DNA of 64,000 bases from Candidatus Bathyarchaeota archaeon. GTDB taxonomy: Archaea > Thermoproteota > Bathyarchaeia > Bathyarchaeales > Bathycorpusculaceae. The translations under genes and the position numbers were made by a program. This document shows positions 53,402 through 62,586 of this stretch, in pieces. Location of the stretch: the NCBI GenBank assembly GCA_963720565.1, contig CAVRFW010000003.1, positions 64,001 to 128,000 on the forward strand, in the 5' to 3' direction. The notes beneath the pieces are model-generated. The model made no database searches. It was given only the letters and a program-made list of their open reading frames with translations, and had not been told where the DNA came from. Each line of letters starts with the position of its first letter. Positions within the stretch are counted from its first letter, which is position 1.

Positions 53402-54201
53402 AACATCAACACTCCTGCTACAAGAACCAACACTGCGGCTCTGACAACTTCGTTGGTCGCTCCCATCATGTCGCCAGATACTCCGCCAAAAACACTCTTT
53501 CCCACCTCTCCCATTAAAACTCCCAGAGCAACGCTGACAAGAATTATCCCAACACCTGTCAAACCCAGAAGCGGAACAACAATTATAGTAGCAATCAAGT
53601 AAGCTATTACATTGCGCTTTCTTTTAGCGCTATCTAGAAAAATCGATCCTAACCCTTTGTGGGTGGGTTTACCAACTACAGCGATTGTAACCACTGCCAA
53701 CTTAGATGCTACTTCGGCAGCGATTAGTGCCAAAAAACCCGTTTCCACATTTAGGAGAGCCAAACCGAAAAACGCCAAAAACTCGACAGCGATAGCCAAA
53801 ACAGCACCCTTGTATGAAACAACCCAACTGTGCGCTACCGCTCGTCTTTCTTCCAGGTTGCCTGACCCCACGGCATTGCCCAAATCCACAAGTCCGTCAA
53901 AGTGCTGAAGCCCTGTCAAAACAAGCAGAAAAGCCACTGTCATTATTGCAGGGACCAAGCTCAACAGAAACAAGGTCGGAACTTGAACAAGCAAGTTGAC
54001 AAACAGGAGAATATGAGACAATAAGAAGCCAGAAACAAGAAAATACGCTCCACCAAGCAGGCCAATGAAAGCCCCTATCAACGGAAACAAGCAAATGTGC
54101 TCGGCAGTCGTTACAACAAAATCCTCCGTATTGCCCAACGGTATTATTGTGAAGAAAGAAAGCATATCCCTAAAAGTTTTTATAGCTTTCATCGGCGACA
54201 T
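53398..54201 (-). CDS. CobS-like membrane phosphotransferase (divergent second paralog; start may be 54192)
   Basis: FFTIIP, FPLIG, TG..HFDGL.D, FGGVSGDMMGA..E; altered GN and loss of the M.D...G segment. Confidence 0.82.
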   Translation of the reverse strand: MSPMKAIKTFRDMLSFFTIIPLGNTEDFVVTTAEHICLFPLIGAFIGLLGGAYFLVSGFLLSHILLFVNLLVQVPTLFLLSLVPAIMTVAFLLVLTGLQHFDGLVDLGNAVGSGNLEERRAVAHSWVVSYKGAVLAIAVEFLAFFGLALLNVETGFLALIAAEVASKLAVVTIAVVGKPTHKGLGSIFLDSAKRKRNVIAYLIATIIVVPLLGLTGVGIILVSVALGVLMGEVGKSVFGGVSGDMMGATNEVVRAAVLVLVAGVLMF

Positions 54202-54215
54202 ATACCATTAACTCC

Positions 54216-54231
54216 TATAAATAAGATATAG
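54216..54231. promoter_or_regulatory. Bidirectional TATA region between cobS-like and epimerase genes
   Basis: TATAAATAAGATATAG lies ~25-30 nt from ATGs on both strands (54192 or 54201 minus; 54248 plus). Confidence 0.5.
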
Positions 54232-54247
54232 CTTTGTCGTGAACTTC

Positions 54248-55180
54248 ATGGTTCAACTCGAAGATAAACGAATACTGGTAACCGGGGGCGCTGGCTTCGT
54301 CGGTTTCCACTTATGCAAGAGGCTCTCAGAACTAACGCCTCAACTAACAATATACGATAACCTGTCAAGCGGAAAACTTGAGAACGTAAAAGACGTACCA
54401 AGAGCAAAATTCGTAAAAGGAGATATATTAAACCCCGAAAAACTCTTTTCATTGCAAAAGGCTGACTTGATTTATCATCTTGCAGCCCAAGTGGTTGTTC
54501 CTTACTCTATGGAAAATCCCATCGAGGATTTCGAAACCAACGCACGAGGAACACTTAATGTGCTAGAAAAAGCACGCAAAGACGACTCAAGACTCATTTT
54601 TGCATCAAGCGCAGCGGTCTACGGTAACCCCGATAAACTTCCAACCGATGAAACCTACGGTTTCAACCCCTTCTCTTGCTATGGCTTGTCAAAAGTTGTC
54701 GGCGAAGAATACTGCAACATGTATGCAAGCCAATACGGCTTGGACATCACAATTCTGCGATTCTCAAACATTTATGGCTCAAGATGCCACGGCGTTATCA
54801 ACGACTTCTTGGACAAAATCAGTAAAAACCCAAGCAAGCTGGAAATCATCGGAACAGGTCTTCAATCCCGAGATTTCATCCACATCTCTGATATTGTTAA
54901 CGCTCTCATAATTTGCGCAAAAAACGAGAAAGCTGTGGGTCAAACCTACAATTTGGGCTACGGAGAGACAACAAAAATCATCGACCTTGCTAAGACACTT
55001 CTCAAAATTCTCAATCTGTCCAGTAAAACTGTCATAACAACAACCAACGTTTCCTGGCATGGAGATGTCACTACCATCTGGTTTGACATAGCCAAGGCTA
55101 GGAAGGAGTTAAATTGGCACCCGAAAATGGCTCTTGAAGATATCTTAAGAGACATGGTCAAAGAGAGGAAAATCGGATGA
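54248..55180 (+). CDS. NAD-dependent NDP-sugar epimerase/dehydratase (extended SDR)
   Basis: TGGAGFVG, HLAAQ, SSAAVYG, YGLSK, G.Q.RDFIH. Confidence 0.9.
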   Translation: MVQLEDKRILVTGGAGFVGFHLCKRLSELTPQLTIYDNLSSGKLENVKDVPRAKFVKGDILNPEKLFSLQKADLIYHLAAQVVVPYSMENPIEDFETNARGTLNVLEKARKDDSRLIFASSAAVYGNPDKLPTDETYGFNPFSCYGLSKVVGEEYCNMYASQYGLDITILRFSNIYGSRCHGVINDFLDKISKNPSKLEIIGTGLQSRDFIHISDIVNALIICAKNEKAVGQTYNLGYGETTKIIDLAKTLLKILNLSSKTVITTTNVSWHGDVTTIWFDIAKARKELNWHPKMALEDILRDMVKERKIG

Positions 55181-56070
55181 CTTCGACGTCTACCAAAGGC
55201 TTGCTTGCTCTTCTACGTCTGCCCTACTGGATGATGACCGGCGGACTTGCGCTCCTGACTTCCTTCGCGATAACCAAAGGTTCGATAGACCTGCAAACCG
55301 CGTTTCTAACTTTCTTCTCAATGGCCTTCATAACATCGGCAGGTTTCGCCCTTAACGATTACTTTGACAAGGAAAGCGACGCCATAATAAAACCAAAACG
55401 CCCAATCCCTTCAGGCGCTCTGTCCCTGAAGCAAGTGGTAGCTGCATCACTACTGCTTTTCGTAGTAGGTCTAGGCCTTTCCGCTTTCATAAATAAACTC
55501 GGTTTTCTGATCCTGCTTGCCGATTCCATTCTGCTAGTATTTTACTCTGCATTTATCAAAAGAAAATCTGGTTTTGCTGCCAACATCACGGTTGGCATCT
55601 TAACCGGAACCGCATTTCTCTTTGGTGAAGCAGTTACCCTAGGATCAGCTGTCTGGAACCCTACTGCTTTAACTCTTGCCTCATTGAGTCTCTACCCCAT
55701 TGCCTGCGGGACAATCGGCGGTAACGTTCTGCGGGACATTCTTAGTCTTGAAGGTGATTCAAAGATTGGGTATCCAACGCTTCCCCAGAAAATCGGTAAC
55801 TTCAATTCCGCAAAGGTTGCAGCTGTTTTCTTCATCATAACTGGAGTCCTGTCTCCTTTGCCTTATTTTATTGGAGGCTTCACAATGTTCTATTTGCCGC
55901 TTATCTTGGCGTGGGGCATTATCCTCATCTACGCCTCAATTCGTCTTATGCTTACAACTTCGCTTGCAGACGTGCGTAAATATGAACGAATGGTTACTAT
56001 GTCTATGATTCTTCTACCACTGGCACTTGTTCTTGAGGCTCTATCCTCGCTGCTTGGAGGACTTGTGTGA
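55177..56070 (+). CDS. UbiA-family prenyltransferase, DGGGP-synthase-like (divergent)
   Basis: NDYFD...D....P.RPIPSG, YS...K, D....EGD...G..TLP; many TM helices. Confidence 0.82.
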   Translation: MTSTSTKGLLALLRLPYWMMTGGLALLTSFAITKGSIDLQTAFLTFFSMAFITSAGFALNDYFDKESDAIIKPKRPIPSGALSLKQVVAASLLLFVVGLGLSAFINKLGFLILLADSILLVFYSAFIKRKSGFAANITVGILTGTAFLFGEAVTLGSAVWNPTALTLASLSLYPIACGTIGGNVLRDILSLEGDSKIGYPTLPQKIGNFNSAKVAAVFFIITGVLSPLPYFIGGFTMFYLPLILAWGIILIYASIRLMLTTSLADVRKYERMVTMSMILLPLALVLEALSSLLGGLV

Positions 56071-57533
56071 AAAAGACCAAGAGTATTTGTCCAGAATGCC
56101 AGAAAAAGATTGATGCAGACTTAACTGTTGAAAATGGCAAAATCGTAATTACGAAGCTATGTGACGAACACGGGGTTTTCAAATCGACTCACTGGCAGAG
56201 TCCAGGTATCTACGATTATGCTGAAGCTTTTGATTACTTCAAGTATTTCGAAGATCCAAATTCTTCCGCTAATCCTAACGGTTGCCCGTACGCGTGTGAG
56301 AACTGTGGAAACCACACTTCGGACACCGTAATCGGCGTGATTGATGTTACAAAAAAATGTGATCTCAAGTGCGCAGTTTGTTTCTCCACCTTCTCCGATC
56401 ACATCGTTGATTATGAACCTACCAAAAACGAACTTGTAGAAATTTTGACCTATCTAAGTAAACGCAACCCTAAACCTCCCGCAATCCTTTTCTCAGGTGG
56501 AGAACCATTGGAACGCGAGGACATCCACGAGATCATTGGAACTGCGCACCAGCTGAAATTTATGACCATACTGGCAACCAATGGGATCCATCTGGCTGAA
56601 AATCCTGAGCTTGCTGAAAGGCTAAAACGGAACGGGTTAAACATTGTTTACTTGCAGTTTGACAGTTTTGCAGACTCTTTCTACGAGAAAATCCGCGGCC
56701 GTAAGCTTCTAGAACTCAAGTACAGAGCGGTAGAGGTTTGTCGCAAACTTGACATGGAAATTATCTTGGTTACTACGTTGATGCGGGGCTTCAACGATGG
56801 AGAAGTTGGCAAGATCGTGCGGTTTGCAGCAAAGAACTCGGATATTATTCGCGGTTTGATTTTTCAGCCGATAGCATTTACAGGTCGTGCCACCGACAAT
56901 CCATTTAAGGAAGCATGGCGGGACTGGCGGTTCGCCGAGGATGTTGAGGATCAAACACACGGTGAAATCAAGACGGCAGACTTTTTCCCCTTGGGTGTAA
57001 TGGTTTCGCCGATAAAGATAATGCGAAAATTCATGAAAAAACCTTGGCCGCTGTTTTCGTGTAGTCCCCATTGTGGCATCGTTAACTGGATGTATGTTGC
57101 AAAGAGTGGCAGAATTATTCCGATTAATCATTTCGTGGATTTCGAACGGTTTTTTAGGATGATTCTAAAAACTGCTCAGAATGTTGAGTCTAAGGGTCGA
57201 ATTTCTCTTCTTTCTTCGCTATTTATGGCAGCAATGATGTCATTGAACATGCCCCTTGTCACCAAGGAAGTTGGCATATTCACCTTATTAAGAAGTATTT
57301 TGAAGATGCATATATCGCCAAGCTACCAGTCGCTGGGTCCTATCCGCAGAAAAATTTTCCTGCTGGGATGCATGGCTTTCATGGATCAGCATAACTTCGA
57401 TGTTAATCGAGTGCGAAGATGCGTCATTCATTATGTTACCCCAAACTTGAAGATTATTCCTTTTTGTGCTTACAATAATGTCCATAGGATTGACACGGAA
57501 GAAAACTATGTTGCCCGGCAGAATGTTGCCTGA
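56067..57533 (+). CDS. Tetraether lipid synthase (Tes/MJ0619-like) radical SAM protein, divergent
   Basis: TKSICPEC...CDEHG, GCPYAC..C..H, CDLKCAVC, YLQFD, FQP..FTGR, HCG, CM.FMD..NFD..RV.RC.IHY.TP...IIPFC.YN. Confidence 0.85.
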   Translation: MKKTKSICPECQKKIDADLTVENGKIVITKLCDEHGVFKSTHWQSPGIYDYAEAFDYFKYFEDPNSSANPNGCPYACENCGNHTSDTVIGVIDVTKKCDLKCAVCFSTFSDHIVDYEPTKNELVEILTYLSKRNPKPPAILFSGGEPLEREDIHEIIGTAHQLKFMTILATNGIHLAENPELAERLKRNGLNIVYLQFDSFADSFYEKIRGRKLLELKYRAVEVCRKLDMEIILVTTLMRGFNDGEVGKIVRFAAKNSDIIRGLIFQPIAFTGRATDNPFKEAWRDWRFAEDVEDQTHGEIKTADFFPLGVMVSPIKIMRKFMKKPWPLFSCSPHCGIVNWMYVAKSGRIIPINHFVDFERFFRMILKTAQNVESKGRISLLSSLFMAAMMSLNMPLVTKEVGIFTLLRSILKMHISPSYQSLGPIRRKIFLLGCMAFMDQHNFDVNRVRRCVIHYVTPNLKIIPFCAYNNVHRIDTEENYVARQNVA

Positions 57534-57539
57534 AAAGCT

Positions 57540-58058
57540 TTAGATTTGGTCTACAACTTCGATCTTCAAGACACAATAGTTGTGAGTGAATTCGAATTCC
57601 TCAGCGCCTTGGCTGCAAATCCAAAGTTCGTAGGCTACAGAATAATTACCTGGGCTATTTATGGTTGTTTTCGCCATGATTTCCCAGGATTCATCTTTTT
57701 CCAGTGTTTTTACGTAGCTATTCGTCGGGTCAATTTCAACCGGCGATGCTGAAATACTCCCCCTAATCACTTTTAACCGAACATCAAACTGAAGAGCTTC
57801 TCCCATGTGATTTTCAACCTTAACCCAAACATTTAGCGTGTCGTTGTAGTCGGTGACGAGAAGTTCAGGGTAGTCTATTGCCTTTTTCTGTGGATCAAGC
57901 AAGTAGATTGTGGTGTATCCTTCAGGTGGAAGTCGCGTTATTAGATAGTAACCTATAACTAGGCTTGAAACAAGAATAAGCACTAAGCCAATTGATACGA
58001 TGTAGCCTTTGTCGTCGCTTAGCTTGAGTCTCTCGTTCAAGACCTGAGTCGCTTCCAA
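57540..58058 (-). CDS. Membrane-anchored DUF1616-like protein
   Basis: One TM, then E.YT..YLL......DYP, V.V.NH, Ig-like C-terminus. Confidence 0.65.
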   Translation of the reverse strand: MEATQVLNERLKLSDDKGYIVSIGLVLILVSSLVIGYYLITRLPPEGYTTIYLLDPQKKAIDYPELLVTDYNDTLNVWVKVENHMGEALQFDVRLKVIRGSISASPVEIDPTNSYVKTLEKDESWEIMAKTTINSPGNYSVAYELWICSQGAEEFEFTHNYCVLKIEVVDQI

Positions 58059-58750
58059 ACGAATTCTTTATGCATGAGTCCTTTAAGCATTGTTGTGAAG
58101 ATTTCGATTCCTGACTTGAATTTTCTAAGCTTTGTTCTTCCGTACTTCCTTGACTTGTAAGTGGAGGGGACTTCAACCATTTTGAAGTCTTCCTTGGCGA
58201 ATTTTACTAGCATTTCAGTGGCAAATGACATGTCATCCTCGTGAAAGTCAACTCTGCCGATTGCGTCACGTGATATCGCACGGAAACCAGATTGTGTGTC
58301 GCTGAGGAACTCCCCGTAAAGTAGATCGAAACAGAATGTTATTACCTTGTTTCCAACAAAGTTCATAAGTCCCATAGCTTTTTTCGGATCATACATGCGG
58401 GTTGCCATGCACAAATCTGCGTCTTTCTCGACCAGTTTGTCAAGCAGCATATTTATGTGGCGCACTTCGTAGGTTCCGTCACCATCAACCATGACCACAA
58501 CATTGCCTTTTGCATGATTCATGCCTGTTCTGAGTGCAAGACCGTAGCCACGTCTAGATTCTATTATGAGTCTGCAGAAATTGGTGTCCTTAACTATTTC
58601 TTTTGTTCCATCGGTTGAGTTACCGTCAACAACGATTATCTCTTTGGGGTATGCTACTTCATTATGGATTGTTGTTAGTATCTCCCGTATGGTTCCAGCT
58701 TCGTTTAGTGTCGGAATCACTACTGAAACCATTTCTACATTTGATGTCAT
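58037..58750 (-). CDS. Glycosyltransferase family 2 (polyprenol-phosphate glycosyltransferase-like)
   Basis: SVVIPTLNE, VVDGNSTDGT, GYG.A, DGDGTY, DTQSGFRA. Confidence 0.9.
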   Translation of the reverse strand: MTSNVEMVSVVIPTLNEAGTIREILTTIHNEVAYPKEIIVVDGNSTDGTKEIVKDTNFCRLIIESRRGYGLALRTGMNHAKGNVVVMVDGDGTYEVRHINMLLDKLVEKDADLCMATRMYDPKKAMGLMNFVGNKVITFCFDLLYGEFLSDTQSGFRAISRDAIGRVDFHEDDMSFATEMLVKFAKEDFKMVEVPSTYKSRKYGRTKLRKFKSGIEIFTTMLKGLMHKEFVWKRLRS

Positions 58751-58798
58751 TCGATTGCGACTCCATGCTTGGAGGGGTTATATAGCTTGCGTTATTAC

Positions 58799-59971
58799 TT
58801 AAATAAGTTCTTCGTATATTTCCGCGAGTTTTCTCACGTTCTGGTCCCAACTGTATTTCTTCTCTACTTTCTCGCGAAGTTCGGTTCTGGAAGATGCTGA
58901 TTTGCTGTTTGAAACGTTCAATATAGCTTCTGCAAGCGAGTATGGGTCATTAGGTGGCGCAATTTCTCCGTAGCCATCAATCATGATTTCCCTTATTCCC
59001 CCTACATCTGTAGCGATAACAGGCAGTCCGCAAGCCATAGCTTCAAGGGCGACCAGCGGTAAGCCTTCTCCAGACTTTGAGGGTAATATGAAAAAGTCGG
59101 CTGCGTTATAGTAAGAAGGCAATTCTTCGTCAGAAACGAAACCCGTAAGCTTAAAATTCTCATCAATTCCCAACTGTTGTATTCTTGCTCTGACTTGAGA
59201 AAAATCGGGACCTCTGCCAACAGCGAGAAAAACTAATCGCGGGTTTTTCTTGATTGCTATTCTCGCACTTTCTATTAGGGTATCGATTCCGTTCTTGTAA
59301 ACAAGTCTCCGCACTGTCACAGCTACAGTCGCGTCGTTGGCTATCCCCAACTTTCTTCTCCTGTTTTCTCTTGTTTCAGTACTGGGTCTAAAACGCTTCA
59401 AATCAACCCCGTTGTGAATCACTTCAGTCTTTTCAGGGTCAGCTCCCAGTCTCAAGACATAGTTCATTGTCGCTTTGCTGACTGCGATGATTTTGTCAGC
59501 TGACCTGAGGATTTGGGTTCCTACGGTTAGGTCATTTAGTTTTTCAATAGTGTTCCATATTCCTTGGTATTCTATAAACGTGTTATGTTGGGTAAGTATG
59601 AATGGCTTTTTGTATTTTTTTGCAAGTTTTGCAGCCACCAATGATGATAGATACGGATGCCCGTGCGCATGTACGAGTTGGCTGGATTTCACTGCTTCCA
59701 AAAATGTTCTTGTGCTACCTATGCTAGGTAGAACGTAGGGTATTCCAAGTCTGAACCCAACGTTAAGTGAATCATAACATCGGACATTTATTCCGTCATA
59801 ACGGTAGCTTTTTTCCGTGCCGATTCGGTTTGTCAACACCATTAGATCAACTCCTTTCTGCATCAGCCTCTTGCCCTGCTCGTAAACGACTCTTTCTATT
59901 CCGCCGACATGAGGCAAAAAAGTGTGTGTTACGATGCACAGACTTAATCGAGCCATGGTGTCCAACTGCAT
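58799..59971 (-). CDS. Glycosyltransferase family 4
   Basis: P..GG.E, HAH, NGVD, KNG...LI, EGLPLV.LEAMACG.PV. Confidence 0.9.
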   Translation of the reverse strand: MQLDTMARLSLCIVTHTFLPHVGGIERVVYEQGKRLMQKGVDLMVLTNRIGTEKSYRYDGINVRCYDSLNVGFRLGIPYVLPSIGSTRTFLEAVKSSQLVHAHGHPYLSSLVAAKLAKKYKKPFILTQHNTFIEYQGIWNTIEKLNDLTVGTQILRSADKIIAVSKATMNYVLRLGADPEKTEVIHNGVDLKRFRPSTETRENRRRKLGIANDATVAVTVRRLVYKNGIDTLIESARIAIKKNPRLVFLAVGRGPDFSQVRARIQQLGIDENFKLTGFVSDEELPSYYNAADFFILPSKSGEGLPLVALEAMACGLPVIATDVGGIREIMIDGYGEIAPPNDPYSLAEAILNVSNSKSASSRTELREKVEKKYSWDQNVRKLAEIYEELI

Positions 59972-60108
59972 TATCTCCTCAATCTGTTAAAACTATTATA
60001 AACTTATGGTGAATCTGATGGAATTTCAAAACTTCATTATTTTTTTTGAAAAAACCAAGTAACAAAGCAAATTTGATATTTTCCTGTTCCAATATGTTGT
60101 ATATAGGG

Positions 60109-60729
60109 CTATTGTTTTGTATGGGTTTTTGCGATTAGGTTCTCAGCTATTCTTAACTCGTGCAGGGTGTTGACGTTAACAGCGACTTCGTCGATGTCTA
60201 ACAAGTATACTTCCTGATCTATTTCTTCCTCTTCAATTTTGAGTCCGTCAATTACGTTTATTCCTGCAGGAACCACCCATTTGTTATCCATCTTGAAGGC
60301 GTATTCTCCTCCTAACCCTAGTTTCTTCTTCGTTTCCACGGAGACCACAACCGTTAGTGCATGTTTACCACATTTTTTATACCGAGCTAGTATGGTGTCT
60401 ACAGCTTCTCCCGTAATCAACGGTAGGTCTGCCCCAACTGCCAAGACAGTTTGCAGCTCCAGTTTTCTGATGGCGTAGCCTAGGTCAAAAACGTACTCTC
60501 TCCCAGGGGTCTTTATAATCGTCACTTGGAAACGTGTCATAAATTCGGCAGTTTTCGGCGTGTAATCACTGACGGCAACAGCTATCGAATCTACTTCTTT
60601 TGCGTCTTGAAGAGCTTTAAGAACATAAGTAATAACGGGTTTATCTCCAACAAGTAGGAGAGGTTTTTCGCCCGAGAGCGTCATGCGCCTGCCCTTACCA
60701 CCGGCCATTACAAGCGCGGTTACGCCCAT
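60109..60729 (-). CDS. cobY: Adenosylcobinamide-phosphate guanylyltransferase
   Basis: MAGGKGRRM..GEKPL, S..TPKT, ADLPL, PAGINV, NVNT; follows cobS and cobT. Confidence 0.88.
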   Translation of the reverse strand: MGVTALVMAGGKGRRMTLSGEKPLLLVGDKPVITYVLKALQDAKEVDSIAVAVSDYTPKTAEFMTRFQVTIIKTPGREYVFDLGYAIRKLELQTVLAVGADLPLITGEAVDTILARYKKCGKHALTVVVSVETKKKLGLGGEYAFKMDNKWVVPAGINVIDGLKIEEEEIDQEVYLLDIDEVAVNVNTLHELRIAENLIAKTHTKQ

Positions 60730-61472
60730 CCCAACACCGCTATCAAAACGATTAGCGAAACCATGCGAGTAAGCTCGTTAGAGGCACCTAGCACATCCCC
60801 TGTTACTCCTCTGAAAAGTCTGTGACTGATTCCGACAATTACGAGGCTCGCTACAACAGTTGCAAGTACTGTTATTGCCCCCGCAAACCACAACAATGGA
60901 AGGGCTATTGCTAGAGCGATGGCTAATGCAACTACTAAGCGGCCAGTGCCTTTCCAACCATGCATCGCTTTTAGAAACGAGGAAGCCATTCCTTCGTGCA
61001 CGGCTTTTCCTGCCCAAGCCCCAATAACCATTGAGAGTTTTGCCGAAACTTCAACGGTAACTATGCTTTGAATGATTACGGACGCGTCTAATTCCGCTAT
61101 GCATAGGGCTGTAATTAGGTAAGTCATGATGCCTAGGCATAAGCCTCCAGCGCCAGTCAGCTGATCGTGCATGATTTCGATTTTTCTTTCCGGTGAACCG
61201 TGAGCCATAACACCGTCGCCGAAATCCAAAAGTCCATCTGTATGATGAAGTCCAGTTATAAGTAGCAATACTCCCAACACTAGTGCTCCAACAACCAAGG
61301 AAGGAAGAAATTGAGATATTGCCCAACCGAAAACGCCGCCTAGTAGCCCTGTGAAGGCTCCCATTAGAGGAAAAACAAACATTGCTCTTGCGCAGTCGGT
61401 TAGCATGTCTTTGTCCATGCTTACTGGGATAATTGTTAAGAACGAAAAGAGGTTCTTGATTTCCTTAAGCAA
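60720..61472 (-). CDS. cobS: Adenosylcobinamide-GDP ribazoletransferase (cobalamin synthase)
   Basis: FLTIIP, TGLHH.DGL.DFGDG, MHD...GAGG, GVTGDVLGA..E. Confidence 0.92.
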   Translation of the reverse strand: MLKEIKNLFSFLTIIPVSMDKDMLTDCARAMFVFPLMGAFTGLLGGVFGWAISQFLPSLVVGALVLGVLLLITGLHHTDGLLDFGDGVMAHGSPERKIEIMHDQLTGAGGLCLGIMTYLITALCIAELDASVIIQSIVTVEVSAKLSMVIGAWAGKAVHEGMASSFLKAMHGWKGTGRLVVALAIALAIALPLLWFAGAITVLATVVASLVIVGISHRLFRGVTGDVLGASNELTRMVSLIVLIAVLGWA

Positions 61473-61485
61473 AATCTGAGCCTCA

Positions 61486-62586
61486 TCACTTCTTTTCCAT
61501 TAGCAACTCGTAGTTCCTTTCTATCTCTTTAAGCAGCATTTCCTTGGTTATTGCTCCTCCGACTTTCGCCATCGCTGCTACGGCGGCTCCGCCAGCCCCG
61601 ACACCTTCCTTTACTATGCCTTCTTCATAAGCCTTTAAGCCATAGAACTTGGAACCTCCGAAACCGATGTCGGATGCTAGAATTGGCACGTTCGCGATTT
61701 GAGAAACAATCCCCTTAAGATCAGAAGTCTTGTCATTGATAATCCATCTTGTGGTGCCAATTGCCACATTACATAGAACATCCTCGTTCAAGGCTTTCAC
61801 AATTGCTAAGACAGCACTCATCTGTGTTCCTCCAGCCATCAACACTGGAACTTGAGCGGCCGCGCCTATGACCAAACCAGCTACTGCTGGCATCATTGGA
61901 TCTCCCAGACAGGAAATTGCTCTTACAGGATTGTCTGCGAGACTTCCAAACCTCTCCTTAGCGGCGGATAGTCCTGTAGCGGTGATTTCGGTTTTCAGTC
62001 TATGCGGGTTGTCGGGCATGCTGCTGCTTACCTTGCCTTCAGCTTTGACACCCATTGCGGACAGAACGCCTAACGCCGTGGTTGTGCCTCCAGGAATGCT
62101 TTCTCCGATTACAAGATAGTCCGCTGTCTTGGCTAGTTGTTTTCCAGCGATTATAGCTCTTTGAACAACTTCATCGACATTGTCCACTGCGTTTCCGGTT
62201 CTTATGTCCCTGCCAGGGCTTCCGCCCAAATCCAAAAAGGGAACATAAGGTTTCACCTTTAATCCTGCACTGGCTACTAGAATGGGTATGTCTGCCAGCT
62301 TTAAAGCTGACATCGATATCAACGCTGGGGTGGGTATCCCGCTAGGTGTCACAGGTACACCTTTTATGCACTTGCACTTGCCAAGGAGAAGTAGTTCAGC
62401 GTCTGCGGGTGGCGTGTAGTCAGTGAATTCTGGATGTTCTCCTGCTGCAGATATTCCGGGGATTTTGGCTGTTTCTGTTGTACCTATCGTGCAGATGAAT
62501 AGGGGATTCTTTCCGTTCACTTCGTTGATGAATGCCTCTGCTTTCGTTTCGTTGTGTGCTAGTAGCACATCAAATACTTTCTTCAT
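61486..62586 (-). CDS. cobT: Nicotinate-nucleotide--dimethylbenzimidazole phosphoribosyltransferase, archaeal type
   Basis: IPGISAAG, TP.ADAE, GESIPGGTTTA, GDPM, AGGTQM, YE.G.VKEGVGAGG. Confidence 0.92.
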   Translation of the reverse strand: MKKVFDVLLAHNETKAEAFINEVNGKNPLFICTIGTTETAKIPGISAAGEHPEFTDYTPPADAELLLLGKCKCIKGVPVTPSGIPTPALISMSALKLADIPILVASAGLKVKPYVPFLDLGGSPGRDIRTGNAVDNVDEVVQRAIIAGKQLAKTADYLVIGESIPGGTTTALGVLSAMGVKAEGKVSSSMPDNPHRLKTEITATGLSAAKERFGSLADNPVRAISCLGDPMMPAVAGLVIGAAAQVPVLMAGGTQMSAVLAIVKALNEDVLCNVAIGTTRWIINDKTSDLKGIVSQIANVPILASDIGFGGSKFYGLKAYEEGIVKEGVGAGGAAVAAMAKVGGAITKEMLLKEIERNYELLMEKK

